NCBI GenBank assembly: GCA_000708835.1 | Contig: DF237348.1 | Location: 21,639 to 85,638 of the forward strand | Reading direction: 5' to 3' | Source of the DNA: Klebsormidium nitens | Taxonomy: Eukaryota; Plantae; Klebsormidiophyceae | Length of the DNA stretch: 64,000 nt | In this document: piece by piece, positions 1-12,333 of the stretch | Numbering within the stretch: position 1 is the first letter of the stretch | How the letters are laid out: every line of letters begins with the position of its first letter | The notes under the pieces: generated by a model | Database searches by the model: none | Told to the model about the DNA's origin: nothing | Seen by the model: the letters and a program-made list of their open reading frames with translations, nothing else | Program-made: the position numbers and the translations under genes

Positions 1-831
1 TCCCTTGATCGACGAAATGCAGATGCCATCTTTAAATTGGCTGGGCGTGATAAGAAGTCTCACGCAGACGCTTGCACAAGGTTATAAGCAAAGCGATTTC
101 GCAAAAGCGTACAAGAACGTCGCTAGGCGGATCAAACATTAACTGATTGCAGCTAAACGACGACAGCTGCAGTGACAGCCGCTGTGCACAATCTGAACCC
201 TTTTCGAAGCCCCTTGAAAGTATGTACCGTACTTTAATTTGATTGAATGTCGAACACTTGGTAAATGCCAGCGTGCGCAAACCGTTTTGTTTGCTTTGCC
301 AGCCCTGCAATTACACATGCTGGCATGCAATCGTAATCACTTCGATCACGTGCTGCTATGTACCTCTGTACGTACATAATTACACGCGCATGACAGCCAT
401 TGACCCATCCGATGTGACTTGCGAGCTGAACATCAACGTTCGTCACCATGATATCTAGATTCTCTATATGTATACTTAACACCTAAACAGTATGCGTTAG
501 TACTGATCTTCAGGTAAGGCAGGAGCTCGGCCGCCCAGGTAGAAGGTCGGTGTCACACAACTCGTAAAACTTTCTGCCATTCGGATGCATAGCAGATTGC
601 TTGGGCGCAAACTCGCAATGTGGCAAGCAAGATGTCCTGTACGAGACTACTCGAGGCTGCTCCGTAAGTTGCAACAATAGATGGTCCGACCGTTTTCCTG
701 AAACAGGACCTCTTGTTGTGCTCAGCGGATGGTGCTGCCGCCTCAACAGCAGATTATGGTACCCTTGTATCCTGCCTATCTTCGACTACGCCAGCTGTGC
801 CTATGTACAAAAGCTATAGAGTATCAAAACC

Positions 832-2099
832 TTACAGAATCACGCAGCACCTATTCAGCTTCTTTGCGTTCTTGAGGTAGATCTTCGAGTTTTCGCTGAG
901 GTCTTGGCTCTTGTCCATTAGGACCTCCAACTTCTCCCCTCGATCTAATAGACTATTGATTGTTTTATGAGCTACCTCTGCGACGTCGTCGATTTGCCGC
1001 TGAACTTTGATAATCTTATCTGCTTGCATCGGATCCTGGTAATGTCGCAGCGCGTCGTTGAGGAGCGGGAGTGACTCTTTACAGTCTGCGTGTATGAGCG
1101 CCCATGAGTCCCCCATCCGCCGTTCATAATCGTCGAGGATCTTATTGATGACTGAGTATGCGGCCCGTTCGGGATAGTCTTTGTCTGCAAGGACCACACC
1201 CACCAAGCCCTGCAAAGGGATCCAAAGATAAGCTGACTGCATTTGGAGGATCTGTAGGTCACTACCAGTGTCTTGCTGGTTTTCTGGAGGGAGCAGACGC
1301 CGGAGAATCACCAACACTAATACTAGCAGGTTGCGCTCAACCTGGATAAACGCGGAGTCTGATCATTGGGAATCCTTTTGAGCTACCGTAAGCAGGAAGT
1401 AGCTGAGGAGGGAGGGGGGGGCGCACCTGTTTGTTGTAGGCATGGACCAGATACTCCTCATGCTGGAGCGTTGACTTGTTCCCCTCAGGAGTCCTTCCCC
1501 CCACCAGTCTTGACACAAACAGGATCATCTCCTTAACTGTGAGACAGAAGTTACGCCAAAGCTCAGGTTAGTGACTGCAATTGGACAGCTGCATAGCTCA
1601 GGTTGACATAAAGGTGCTTGTCGGGAATCGAAGAATTGCTGAGCAGAGAGGCAAAAATGGACACACAGACTGTTGTTGATAGAACCAGCTCAAATGAGAT
1701 GCCCTGTGTGCCTGAACTGCCAAAGAGCACAAAAAGGCAGAGCTTGGATTGCGTCCAGCATCCACAAGTGAATAGCACAACACAGTAGCAATGCTTGACC
1801 TTCTACTGAAAGCTAAGAAGAGCAGCCAGCCTAAAAGAAGGTCCAGGAACTTACAGCTGGACCCATGGACATCCGACAAGATGTAACACCCTGCCAAACT
1901 TATCCGCGCATAGAAAGTAGCAAACACAATTAGGGTTCCACTGCTCCTGATACCTGATATGCAGCCAATCAGAGCATGGGACCTTACCTGTGGCCCTCTG
2001 GAAGTAGCCAAAGTCTTTCACATCGCTGGCGGTCCCCAGGATCCATGGATCCCCACCCTGACTGTTTGCCTTCACAATGGATAGGGCGATGATCTTCAT
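832..2099 (-). CDS. YKT6: YKT6-type longin R-SNARE, 3 exons (2099-1988, 1536-1427, 1209-832), 199 aa
   Basis: The spliced frame reads MKIIALSIVK...DFGYFQRAT/VKEMILFVSR...EYLVHAYNKQ/GLVGVVLADKDYPERAAY...DPMQADKIIKVQRQIDD...LLDRGEKLEVL...NRCCVIL*. Introns are GT-AG and phases join. The C-terminal CCAIL-type prenylation motif is present. Confidence 0.96.
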
Positions 2100-3027
2100 C
2101 ACAATTCACGTGAAACGGGCAGCTGGCGAGCAGAGTGGCAGACCAGTGGCAAGTATTGAACTGAAAGTGGCCACCAATCGCCAGCTTTAAGATACTGGGC
2201 AATCACACGGGGAAGAAGATCCACAGCCTACAGGTGTGTCTGATCATCTGGATAGAGCGCTGCAGACTTCGAGAAGCAATGACCACGAAAAGCTGCCATC
2301 AACCTGTCATTGGTCACGGAAAAGTCGCGTGCTGTTGCAGTAAATCGCACCAAATTGTGTGCCATTGCTTGCAAACACTTTCAAGCTGTATTTGGAGCGA
2401 CTCACCAAACTCGCGCGAGGGCTCCCTCAAGGCCTGCTTCCGGTTCCGCTTGATCTTAGTTCCGTTCTGCTCAAGGCTCAGCAGAGCCAAATTGCAGGAC
2501 CAACCCAGCCAAAACATGTAGCGTCCAGTAGCGAGCAGCCCGTATGGGCTCCACCGCTGGCGCGTCCACGAAACTTTGCAGACGTCATATATGGTCTGTT
2601 GGCTACCATTTCCACCCATTTTCGAGTCAGCGCACCCGGTGGAGCCCTCAGTGTCAAGGACGAAGTAAACCTATGTCTGACTTGCCCAGCTAAATTGAAA
2701 AATCTGGGCATTAAAATGGACCGGCCGAATGACACCCAATGATGGCGGAAACTTGTAGAGAACGTTTTGGGACCTAGCCAAGACGTTTTGACCTTGTGGG
2801 CAGTTTGGATATGATGCTTCCGCCCGCTTACAATTCTGCTTGCGCCAACATTTTGGCTGGCGTCTGCGCCCTCTGGACCAACTTGAAGTTGAAGTTGAAG
2901 CCTGAGGCCGCAGAGGCAGAGGTGGGCACCGCAGAGGAGAAAGGCGATACGCGGGTGCACAGGCTGCTAATGTTGCTCACCTACTGATACAAGTTGATTG
3001 ATTGGATGATCTGCTTGCACCCGCATC

Positions 3028-6000
3028 ATGGCACTCTTGGCACTGCTTGCGGGCCGGCAAGCCACAAGGCAGGCTTCGGAAGCTTCCAGCCGCCTCTTCT
3101 CAAGTCTGGAAGGCGATCTGCTGTTGAAGAGCCTGCATGCTGAATCACTTGGGTCTCAAATGACGGGGTTCTTTGCGAGGCAGCACACATCGAGTGCGGG
3201 AGCCTTGCGAGAAAGGCTTCTGGAAGGAGGGGGAAAGAGGGCATTCACGAGCGGTGTGGGAAAGGTGCTGGCTCCGTTTGCTGCAGGTAAGTTGCAATAT
3301 GATTCTGCTCTTGAAGAGCACCAGAAAAGGTTAGAGCTGTGTGTGTCAATGTTGATGATCCTGGTTTATCCTCAAAACCAAGGCAACGAGCGGTTTGCTT
3401 GGTGGCACCTCGATGGTGTGTTTTTATGGCCTCTGGAATTTTAGTCAGTGTACAGCAGACTTTGTTGTCTTCCAAGATTCAAATTTGCTGGTTGTGCAAA
3501 GTTTTTGCGGAAGGATTCGCTTGCACTCCAGCTTCCCCTCCAGGCATTTGAGCTACAAGGCCAGTTTCTTGTGCTTTCGCCTAGACTAGATTCATAGATG
3601 CCACTTGCACAGATGCATTGGAGGGAATTGGAATAGATCGTCAGTCAAAGACTTTTCGGGGCAGCCAGTGCGTTTTTTGAACAGTGCTCGATCTTTTGTA
3701 CAGATGCTGCTGTTTCTGTTTCGTCCGGGGTACTCTCACATCCCTCTGCCACCAAGCCGCTGGCGCTGTCCATCGCGTACTGGGGCCGGTGCTACTACGA
3801 GCTTTCAAAAGCGAGGTTGAGGTGAGTAATCCTCTTTTGTCTACTCACTTAGTTATCCTTTTCATGAAACGTCATAAAATGCAAAGATGCGGAACCTGCA
3901 GAGACCATCTAATCAGGGGGACATAAGTTGATCGTGATTTGCCATATGAATGGCTCTTATCTGGTGTGCACTTTATCGACTTATTTTCATTTCTCCAGTT
4001 TGTGCTTGATACTTGTCTCCTTGCTGATCACACCAACCTGCTGCTTCTATGGCATATTGCCCCCCCTCATGAATCACAAATGAGCTTATATAAGTACTTG
4101 TAAAACGTGATCCAGTGCCCTGGTTGTCGCCACTGCTGCTGGAGGGTATATCATGGGAAGCGGCGAGGTGATTGATTGGGCCGGCCTGGGGTGGACCTCT
4201 CTTGGCACATACATGGCCGCTGCATCAGCCAATGCATTCAATCAGGTAATTGCCGAATGCTGCCCCTCTGTGAATGTACGGCTGCTCTGCTCTCAAACCT
4301 CGTGTGTCTGACATCACTATCGCTGACCATGATAAGAGTCTGGTGTACAGGGATAGCCAAAAGTACTACCGTGGTACTCTTAGTGTACGCAGCACTTGTC
4401 TCTCAGCATTGTTGCAGGCTTGAGTTATGCAGTTCTTCAGATATTTTTTGGTGATTCATAGTGTTTCGTGCAGAGATTGTTTTTGATTGGCTTTCCTTTG
4501 ACCGAAGCCCTATCCAAGGGAGCAGATCTCAGACAAGCTTGTGGTCATCCCGCAGGTCATCGAAATTTCCAACGATGGCCGGATGAGAAGGACGATGCGG
4601 CGGCCGCTGCCCTCTGGCCGGATGTCCAGAGCACACGCGCTGAGCTTTGCGATAACGATGGGCGTCGGAGGCGTGTCGTTACTTGCTTCCAAGGCAAGGC
4701 TTTCCTCAATCATCCCTCTTTTGACTAGTCAGCTTGACCCGGTTGCTGGCGAAGTGATTGATGTATGGGCGTGGCTGGGATGGATTGCAGTTGGGTGTTG
4801 GTTTTATAGTTCGTTACTGGATCAGCTAACATAACTTTCTGATTCAATCTTTGACCCGTCGGCTTTCGTTGCCGTCATGTCCCGTTCGGTTGCAGCAAAT
4901 CTCTTCAAAAGCCTTCCACGAGAGGTGACACTTCTGAAGCGCTTACCTCCTTCGCATCTGCCCTTATCTGCCATTCTGTATTGAAAACGAGGAAAAGGAG
5001 CAGACGCTTACAGTGCAAGCCAGGTATGGCGGACGCGCGGCCCAGCTATCTAAAAGCTTCCCTCCTCCTCTTGCAGACGAACCCTCTGACAGCGCAGCTC
5101 GGAGCTGGCAACATCGGTCTCTACGCCCTTGCGTACACCCCTCTGAAGCAGATTCACCCCATCAACACCTGGGTCGGTGCCGTGGTGGGAGCCATCCCGC
5201 CGCTTATGGGGTGAGCGAACACAAGTGCCTGGGCTTTTGTTCCCTTATCCAAATAATGAAGAGGTTGTAAAGTCGACCGAACGAGTTGTAATGTCGAGCA
5301 TCTTTGTGCGTGGGGTCACGTCAGATTCGAAGACAAAAATAACGCTAGGTACTTCGCTCACTTTCTTTGAGGTGGCCTCTTAAAGCTTTTCAGTTTTTCC
5401 CCGTGGATAGATGGAGAGTTGTCTCTCGTGCGCAGCCTCTGTGGACTGTGTCAGATTCCAACGAGAAGAGGTTCTTTTTCTGGTCTTTGAGCCCGCATCA
5501 CTGAGCGCTAACCGCGCTGTATCTTACCCAACCATCTCAGTTCTGCTCCCGTAATCTTCCTTCCTCGTCATGCATCGCTCTCGCTCTTCAACTAAGTTGC
5601 TGGACTCGTCCCTCGAGGTCGAAGCACATTCGCTTTAGGAAGGTGAAGTCCGAAGATCCTCAGCGCTAGGCGCTCAACGCAAACTTCTCCGTATATGGAG
5701 CTCGGCAGCCCGTTTTCCAGCCTCGAAGATTGCTTCGTGCCCTGTCGCGAGTCTGTGCGAACCAATAAAATCCTTTCCACTCTCGTTCAGATGGGCTGCG
5801 GCGGCCGGACAACTAGACCCGGGCGCCGCAGTGCTGGGCGCCGCGCTCTATTTCTGGCAGATGCCGCACTTCATGGCGCTCGCGTACATGTGTCGAAACG
5901 ACTATGCAACCGGAGGGTGAGTTACACTTCAGTAGGCGTGCGACGAACTGTTCATTGCTGAAATCTCCGAGCTGCACCAAATTAGTAAGGTCCATTCAGA

Positions 6001-7156
6001 AGGATCTAAGGGTGGCTTCAATGTATCGTAACAAGGGCGGTTGGTCGTGCTATTACCTGAGGGGAAGCGATATAGTGAAGTCAGGAAGTCTCTGCTGAGG
6101 CTCAGTCAGTGGGTCCAGAAAGAGGAGACAGTCGAACTTTTTTGAGTAACATTTTGACGTACCTAAGTCTGACGTGGCGAGACTCTGAAAGCCACGGCGC
6201 GTTTTCGTTGCAGGTACAAGATGCTGTCGCTGGTTGACAAGACGGGGCGCCGCGTCGCAGCGGTGTCGCTCCGAAACTGCCTGTACATGGTTCCTCTCGG
6301 CTTCCTGGCGCTTCACTGTAAGTACCTAGTTGAACCCTGTGGAGAGAGTACGCAGCGAGAATGGAAGCACGTGACTCGATTGGAATGCTACTTCGAAGGG
6401 GCTTGATTCCTGAGAACGTTACTCCTGGTCGTTGCAAGAAGGGGAGGGCTAGTTCGCCTGGATTTTGATTATCCGGTTGGAGTGTTTTCTTGTGTTGGAT
6501 TTGGACGCCTGCAGGAAACTCTCACTGTAATTTCGGTGTCTGCAGGAACTTCCGAGTCTTACCCCACTGTTCTGAGATGCATGTGACACGTCCTTCGTGC
6601 CTAGCAATGTCAAATCAACAGTAGTCTACGATGAAATGGAGCGGATCAATCTGACAGTCTTGGGCTCTTAGCAGATTCTTTTCGTCTGCCTCCCTTACGT
6701 CGATTAACCAATTCACGTTCCTTCGGTGCAGATGGCGTCACCTCTTCCTACTTCACCTCAGAAAACGTCCTTCTCACGGGTTGGCTCGGCTTATCAGCGG
6801 CCGCCTTCTACCGCACCCCCAGCCCTGAAACCGCGCGCAAGCTCTTCCGCCACAGTCTGCTTTACTTGCCTCTCCTTATGGGCGCAATGTTCCTTCACAG
6901 AATACCGAACAAAAACGCTCAGAGCCACGACGCAAAGCAAAATTTAGACGTCCCACTCTCGCTAGAAGCGAGCAGTAGTAGTCGAGAAGATTCACATGAA
7001 GCCAGTCGGAAGAAGCATTGTGAGAGCTTCGTGCTGGATGAAGGAAGGTGGGGCCGTTCCAGGCAGCAGTATGACGTCGTCGGTAGGCCACCGATAGCGT
7101 TTCTCTCTGCAGCACCGTTTCCGTTCTTGCCAGTTCCGGACTTTGCTAGCAGGTAA
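3028..7156 (+). CDS. COX10: Heme O synthase / protoheme IX farnesyltransferase, mitochondrial, ~8 exons
   Basis: Exon peptides: [25 protein letters not shown]...[91 protein letters not shown], ending [15 protein letters not shown]. The N-terminus is presequence-like. Confidence 0.96.
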
Positions 7157-8030
7157 TAAATTGCGAGCAAGTGTCTCTGCGATTCGTTTGCAGCCGGGAA
7201 ACTTGGTTATAAATTCATATTCGCCAATGGCAAAGCGACGCGCATCTATAGCACACTTCAAAACGATAGCAACCTGATATTGGACACGCCTCATATAGCC
7301 GTAGCAAGCTGTGGAGTCAAGAAGCAAGCCCCCGGCCTTGCTGAGACGTGCTCCACGGCCATGGCGGCAAATCAGCGTTAGGAATTGGAAGTTACCATTG
7401 CAAATGACTCAAAATGGGGCATACACACTTGATGGATGCGACGTGTCCCTCGATCCACCAATAACATACACGGAGGCAGGAGTGGGGGGGAAATCAGGTG
7501 AAGGCTCTTACCTAACTGCCAATGATGGCTGCCAAGCAAAATTGTCAAGCTCGTGTAGCACATGAACAACACGATTTTGGAGGAAGAGCTACCATGGCGG
7601 CGCAATTGAAAATGACAATTTAAAATACTATTTTAAACAGGACAAGGTCCGACAAGGTGCAAATTGTCAACAAAGCAATCGACATGCAGCATCATCAGCT
7701 GGAGGCTGGGCTATACAGGACGTGGTCTCTAGTTGTTGCACGGCGTACTGGGCTGCATGATCTAGGACAATTTAGTCAGATTTATCATACTTTGGAGCCT
7801 CAGTGTTGCGAAACATACACATAGAGTATTAGTCAACAATTTAAGTCACATGCAATGCCTTGCATGGCAATTCGACTATTCGATGCAATCCAGGCATGAT
7901 TCTGTGTAAGTTTCACTTTCATAAAGAAGGATCGAGGCCGATCGGACGGTTTAGAAAAAAGATCTCCTTGTGCACTTTTTGCGTTTGGTCATGGCATTCC
8001 GGAAAAGGAGGCGCCCTCGCTCCTAGGGCG

Positions 8031-8067
8031 CCCTAAAACCCTAAAACCCTAAAACCCTAAAACCCTA
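8031..8067 (-). repeat. Interstitial telomeric repeat (TTTTAGGG)4 plus a partial unit
   Basis: The plus strand reads CCCTAAAA x4 then CCCTA, exact. Confidence 0.95.
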
Positions 8068-9160
8068 CCGCAATTTTATCCTCTAGGTTCAAAAAGGTTC
8101 TGAGGCTTTTTGTGCCCCTATCTTCGAGGATGAATCGGAATTCTTTTCTTAAATCTTCGTACGCTATACAATCATAGACGAAGGGAGCTTCATCCTCTAT
8201 TGCACCCGAATGACAAACTTGGCAAAGTCTTTCCGCCCTGTCTATTCCTTGCCATCTCCCGGTTTCGACAGCCAGATTATGGCAGCCTATGCGGAGCTTG
8301 GCCAAGGTATGGAGAAATGGGAGACGGCCTAAACTGTCTAAGTAAGGCTCAAATGAGTAACCTTCCTTGACATCTTCGAAGTATGTCCTATACCTAGTTC
8401 CACCTTCCTCTCGCAAATCTTGCATGTACGCCATCTCTGAATTGTCGCGCAACACCTGCAAGTCGAAACCCCTCTCGAGATGTTCGTCGGTCACCAACTC
8501 CCTGGCCTTCTCCATCACTTTAGCGTACCATCCCCCCCGGCCTGCTTTCCACATCGACTTTGACTCCTGTAGAGCCAAACGTGCCAAGCGGTCGCTTGGA
8601 AGAGTCGAAGTTCGCTTAACGAATTTGAAGACCTGCTCCCACCTTCCGATGGCAAGCGGGAAACGGCCCATCTCTCCAAGAACCGCTTTTGAGAGAGTCG
8701 ACTTCCTAGCTCGGAGTAGACTGCGCAGAAAAAGACGATGCACCGTCTCCAAACAGTCCCCATCACCATTCCAGCCCCACTCCGGACTGAACCCAGGACC
8801 CCACACCTCCGCCCCATACTGGAGGATTGGCCTGACAAGGGTGTCAAAGAGTCCGAGCTTCGTGCTGAGCTTTAGCAACCCCAACTCCTTGCATCTCCGG
8901 TCCATCGCAAACACCGCCTTCCGCCCCGCCCCCGCCAAAAGTTGGACCCCCATTGGACCCCAAGCCGAAAGCTTCCGCTACAGTGAAACTGTACCCCCAG
9001 ATAGTGATAGCTTTGGACGATCTCGACGCGCTCCTCCCCATACCAAAACTCATGCTTCGCTCGTTGCGCTTCCACTTTTCCCCCAAACACTACCGTGACA
9101 ATCTCCGTTTTCTGCAAGTTTACAAAGACACAAAGAGTTCGGTCTTTGTACACAACTTCT
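8057..9160 (-). mobile_element. 5'-truncated non-LTR retrotransposon (LINE, RTEX/CR1-like); end of RT, thumb and zinc knuckle; frameshifted
   Basis: RT end VNLQKTEIV...VEIVQSYHYLGVQF. Thumb LFDTLVRPILQYGAEVWG and KAVLGEMGRFPL. C-terminal LAKLRIGCHNLAVETGRW...RLCQVCHSGAIEDE...C..YEDLR. The frame changes near 8950-8990. Confidence 0.9.
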
Positions 9161-9722
9161 AGTGACTACATACGCACGCCGCACGATGTACCGTGTATGG
9201 TGCACCGTGCGTGTATGCATGCATATCCACCATAGGCACCATCATTCAGCTCACTTGTATCACTTGTACGTCAAGGACAAGACTTGTCTTTATCTAGGCT
9301 CCGGGAGCGGTTGATTCTGCGAGTTGTGGAGTTGATCCGGCAAAAGCGCATTGAGGAGACACTGGACAACTTCAACCGTCAAGAAGTCTGAGGGGAGTCT
9401 GAGAAGTGCTGAAAGAAAATGGTGGGTGGATACTTGAGCTATTGAAAAGCCGCTCCACTGAGCCTCCAGGGCACGAGAGCGAACACGCCGCACGGCCTTC
9501 ACAAGTTACCTGAGCGAAGTTAGCGAACCCGACGCGAAGGCGGCGACGAGCCGCGGCGTGTAATGTTGAAGTCAAACCTTTAGTACGGTACGCGGCGTAA
9601 AAAAAGGCCTGAGAGACTAGAGTCAACCTTTTAGGTAGGTAGGTAGTACGGTTATTACACTACGGTTATTACACCGCCGAGTCCCGACCGGTACTTGCGG
9701 CGTAAAAAAGGCCTAGGACCTA

Positions 9723-10219
9723 GGGCTGCCTCCACACTGGGGGATACTTGGGGATACTGGAGTACCCGGCTACTTCTCAAATTTCTCCAAGGAACCGGGA
9801 GCTTCTCCGCAGAATGCGGGAGCCGAAGTAGCCGCTTCCACACCGGGGGCTACTTCGGACATCGGCTACTTCCGCCGGTCACTCTCAGCGTGCCACGTTG
9901 GCTCAAAGATTCGCGCAATCATTCAAGAAAGCAGACTGTCGGTGTTAGAACTTCGGTTCAACAACTGGACCGTTATGCTCAAATCTGATTGGCCAACCGC
10001 CCAGTAGCCGGCCAAGTAGCCTACTTTTTGAAGGATACTTGCCGGGCTACTCGTTCACACGTGTGAAGGCGAAGTAGCTCCCGATCATCGCGGAACGCAA
10101 AGTAGCCGGGTGGAATATCCCGCAGTCTGGACGGGCACTTGCCCGGGATACTCCAGAGGGGGGTACTCGGAGTAGCCGACGACCCAAGTATCCGGCAGTG
10201 TGGACTCTGGAGGCAGCCC
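9723..10219. mobile_element. MITE-like non-autonomous DNA transposon (~500 bp) with subterminal repeats
   Basis: GGGCTGCCTCCA at 9723 has its exact reverse complement at 10208-10219, with imperfect inverted similarity extending ~45 bp. About 10 internal AGTAGC/GCTACT motifs occur in both orientations. No clear TSD. Confidence 0.7.
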
Positions 10220-10249
10220 AGGTGGACTTTCAAGCTTGAAAGTCCACCT
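10220..10249. repeat. 30-bp perfect palindrome AGGTGGACTTTCAAG/CTTGAAAGTCCACCT
   Basis: Self-complementary on direct reading. It abuts the right end of the MITE. Confidence 0.9.
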
Positions 10250-10698
10250 CTACGTGGTAGTTTGGTACCTACATACCGTACCGTAATGATGGGCTTTTAA
10301 TGGTAAACAGATTATCTTGAGGACCGTAATCATTGACGATGTCTGGAAGCCACTCACAATAGGTACCGGTACTGTCACAGTATTACTGTGCAGTGTGCAG
10401 TCACCAGTGTGCACTGTGCACTTCTCTGTGAGAGGCTGAGCCTGAGATCAACTAGGCTGTCAAGACCAGTACAAACCTAAGAAACTGAGTCTCGACACGA
10501 TTTCGGCAGCCTGCAACAGGCGTGCAATGCGCTGCATTGATTGATCAGTGCATGAAGCATTGCTACCTAGTACCAATTCGGATGGCAGTGAAGCTGGGGT
10601 GCAGGGCTTTTAGAAGGCAAGAGAAGCTGCAGGAGCGCGGCTAGCGTCGCAGGATCAGCGGAGCCACAGGAGCGAGAGCTAGCTAGCAAATCACAAGT

Positions 10699-12333
10699 AT
10701 GGCGGCCTTTGTTGTCGACGGGATCGGCATAGCGCTTGCTAGCCTTCTCGTTTTGTCAAACGGGTTCATGTTCGTCTTCCTGCTGAGGGTTGGCTACAAA
10801 AGGGACAGGGCGTTATCGGTGGATGTTTCTGTGATCCTGAACAGCTTTGACGACAATCATGAGGGGAGGCCTAGAAAGAGATCTGGGAAGCGGGTGCAGG
10901 GAAGGCATTTCGAGATTGGAGTTGCAGGCGGCACGCCCGACACCCTCAAGAATCTCAATGCAGTCTCGCTTGCAGCTGAGGACGCCAAAAAAGTGACACA
11001 CATTGAATGTAAGACTGGTGAAGGTGACATTATAGTATTCCAAAAGTCAACCGAGGAGGCTCCAGATCGAACTGCTGGGCGGGACTTGGCTGAGCATGAG
11101 GAAACTAATCAGAAGCATCTCACTGCCATGCGATCCATCAGACGGCACTCGGCTGAGGAGACTCATCAGGAGCTGCCTCCAAGACCGTCGGGCGGAATCA
11201 AAATTGCTCACTCTTTCTTGAGTGACAAGATGTTGAGTATCCAGCAAGGGACGATGATGCTTTGCACAGTGATGGACATTGCATCCATCTTATTATCGGT
11301 GCTCCGGTCAGAAATGCGGCGCCCCCGGGAGAATGGGGGCGGAGAGCCAACAGTGCACTCATATCCATTTGCGTACCTGCTGACCGTGGCTGCTTTTGCC
11401 GTGCTGGCCCAAGAGGTTGTGCTCAAGGTCCTATTGGGAGCTAGCTGGTTGGTGGTGCTTCCCGCCATCATAAAGAACAGCGTCAACTCCATGTGCCAAA
11501 GGAACGGCATTGTTTTCAGGAAAGCAGGTGACAAACCGAAAGAATGGCGGGAGGTTTTGTGGGTCACCTCAAAGTTTGACAAGCGAAGGGGCCTGTGGTG
11601 TGACCATGGGGGCCTGGGGATCCAGTATGCCCATGCTGTCCTGTCTATCGAAGAAGCATACGCTGCCGGCGATGCTTGCTTGGTGCAACTGGCCGTTGCC
11701 ACGGGGGTGTACTCCTTTGTGATCGTTGCTGCTGTTGCGATGATCATAACGTTGGGCTCTGCCTACTTTCCTGGAGCTGGAGCCGTGCTTTCTGCGGCAG
11801 CCGCGATCACAACAGCGGTCACCGCGAGCATGGCGCTGATCTGCACCCACTTGACAATGTTGTGTTACCACGTCGGCAAGGGAAGGCGTATCATGAGGGA
11901 GGTCAACGGAGGTATGAGCTTTGCCACCGGGAAGAGCATAAGGGAATTCCAGCTGGGACCCGGGTGGGGGAGCCCGGAAGCTGTGCGAGCTGCTCTGCTC
12001 TATGTCCTGTGCCCCATGATGCTGATGAATAAGGTGTTCAAGCCAAAGCCTGGGATGCACCTCTCTTTCCTTTCCAAGTGGGGTGGACACGGAGGACAGG
12101 CGGCGGCGCAGTTCATGCGTGCGGATATTGTAACAAGGGCAGACTCCTCCGATCTGATGCGAGATGCACGTCCGGTCAGAGACCAATGCCTTAGTGTACG
12201 CATGGGCACGCACGTTGAAACATTGAGTTCCTGTACCACGCGAAGGGTCTCGTATAATACGGAGGGGGATGTTGAATTAGGCGTAGCAACGCCAATGGTC
12301 CACGAGCCTATCAGTGACCTTAACAGGTTCTAA
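10699..12333 (+). CDS. Intronless 544-aa putative multi-pass membrane protein, family not recognised
   Basis: An uninterrupted 1635-nt ORF with several hydrophobic stretches (N-terminal ALASLLVLSNGFMFVFLL; YLLTVAAFAVLA...WLVVLPAII; VYSFVIVAAVAMIITLG; AVLSAAAAITTAVTASMALI). Confidence 0.65.
   Translation: MAAFVVDGIGIALASLLVLSNGFMFVFLLRVGYKRDRALSVDVSVILNSFDDNHEGRPRKRSGKRVQGRHFEIGVAGGTPDTLKNLNAVSLAAEDAKKVTHIECKTGEGDIIVFQKSTEEAPDRTAGRDLAEHEETNQKHLTAMRSIRRHSAEETHQELPPRPSGGIKIAHSFLSDKMLSIQQGTMMLCTVMDIASILLSVLRSEMRRPRENGGGEPTVHSYPFAYLLTVAAFAVLAQEVVLKVLLGASWLVVLPAIIKNSVNSMCQRNGIVFRKAGDKPKEWREVLWVTSKFDKRRGLWCDHGGLGIQYAHAVLSIEEAYAAGDACLVQLAVATGVYSFVIVAAVAMIITLGSAYFPGAGAVLSAAAAITTAVTASMALICTHLTMLCYHVGKGRRIMREVNGGMSFATGKSIREFQLGPGWGSPEAVRAALLYVLCPMMLMNKVFKPKPGMHLSFLSKWGGHGGQAAAQFMRADIVTRADSSDLMRDARPVRDQCLSVRMGTHVETLSSCTTRRVSYNTEGDVELGVATPMVHEPISDLNRF

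Noticed and set aside
1-830. Short ORFs at the window start
   Set aside because: No recognisable product. Probably the YKT6 3' region or intergenic DNA.
2234-2987. ORFs of 95-160 aa between YKT6 and COX10
   Set aside because: No recognisable motif, mutually overlapping, and located in the divergent promoter/UTR region.
9372-9626. SVERLFN as a remnant of a hAT dimerisation domain
   Set aside because: Only a 5-residue resemblance, and the surrounding consensus residues are missing.
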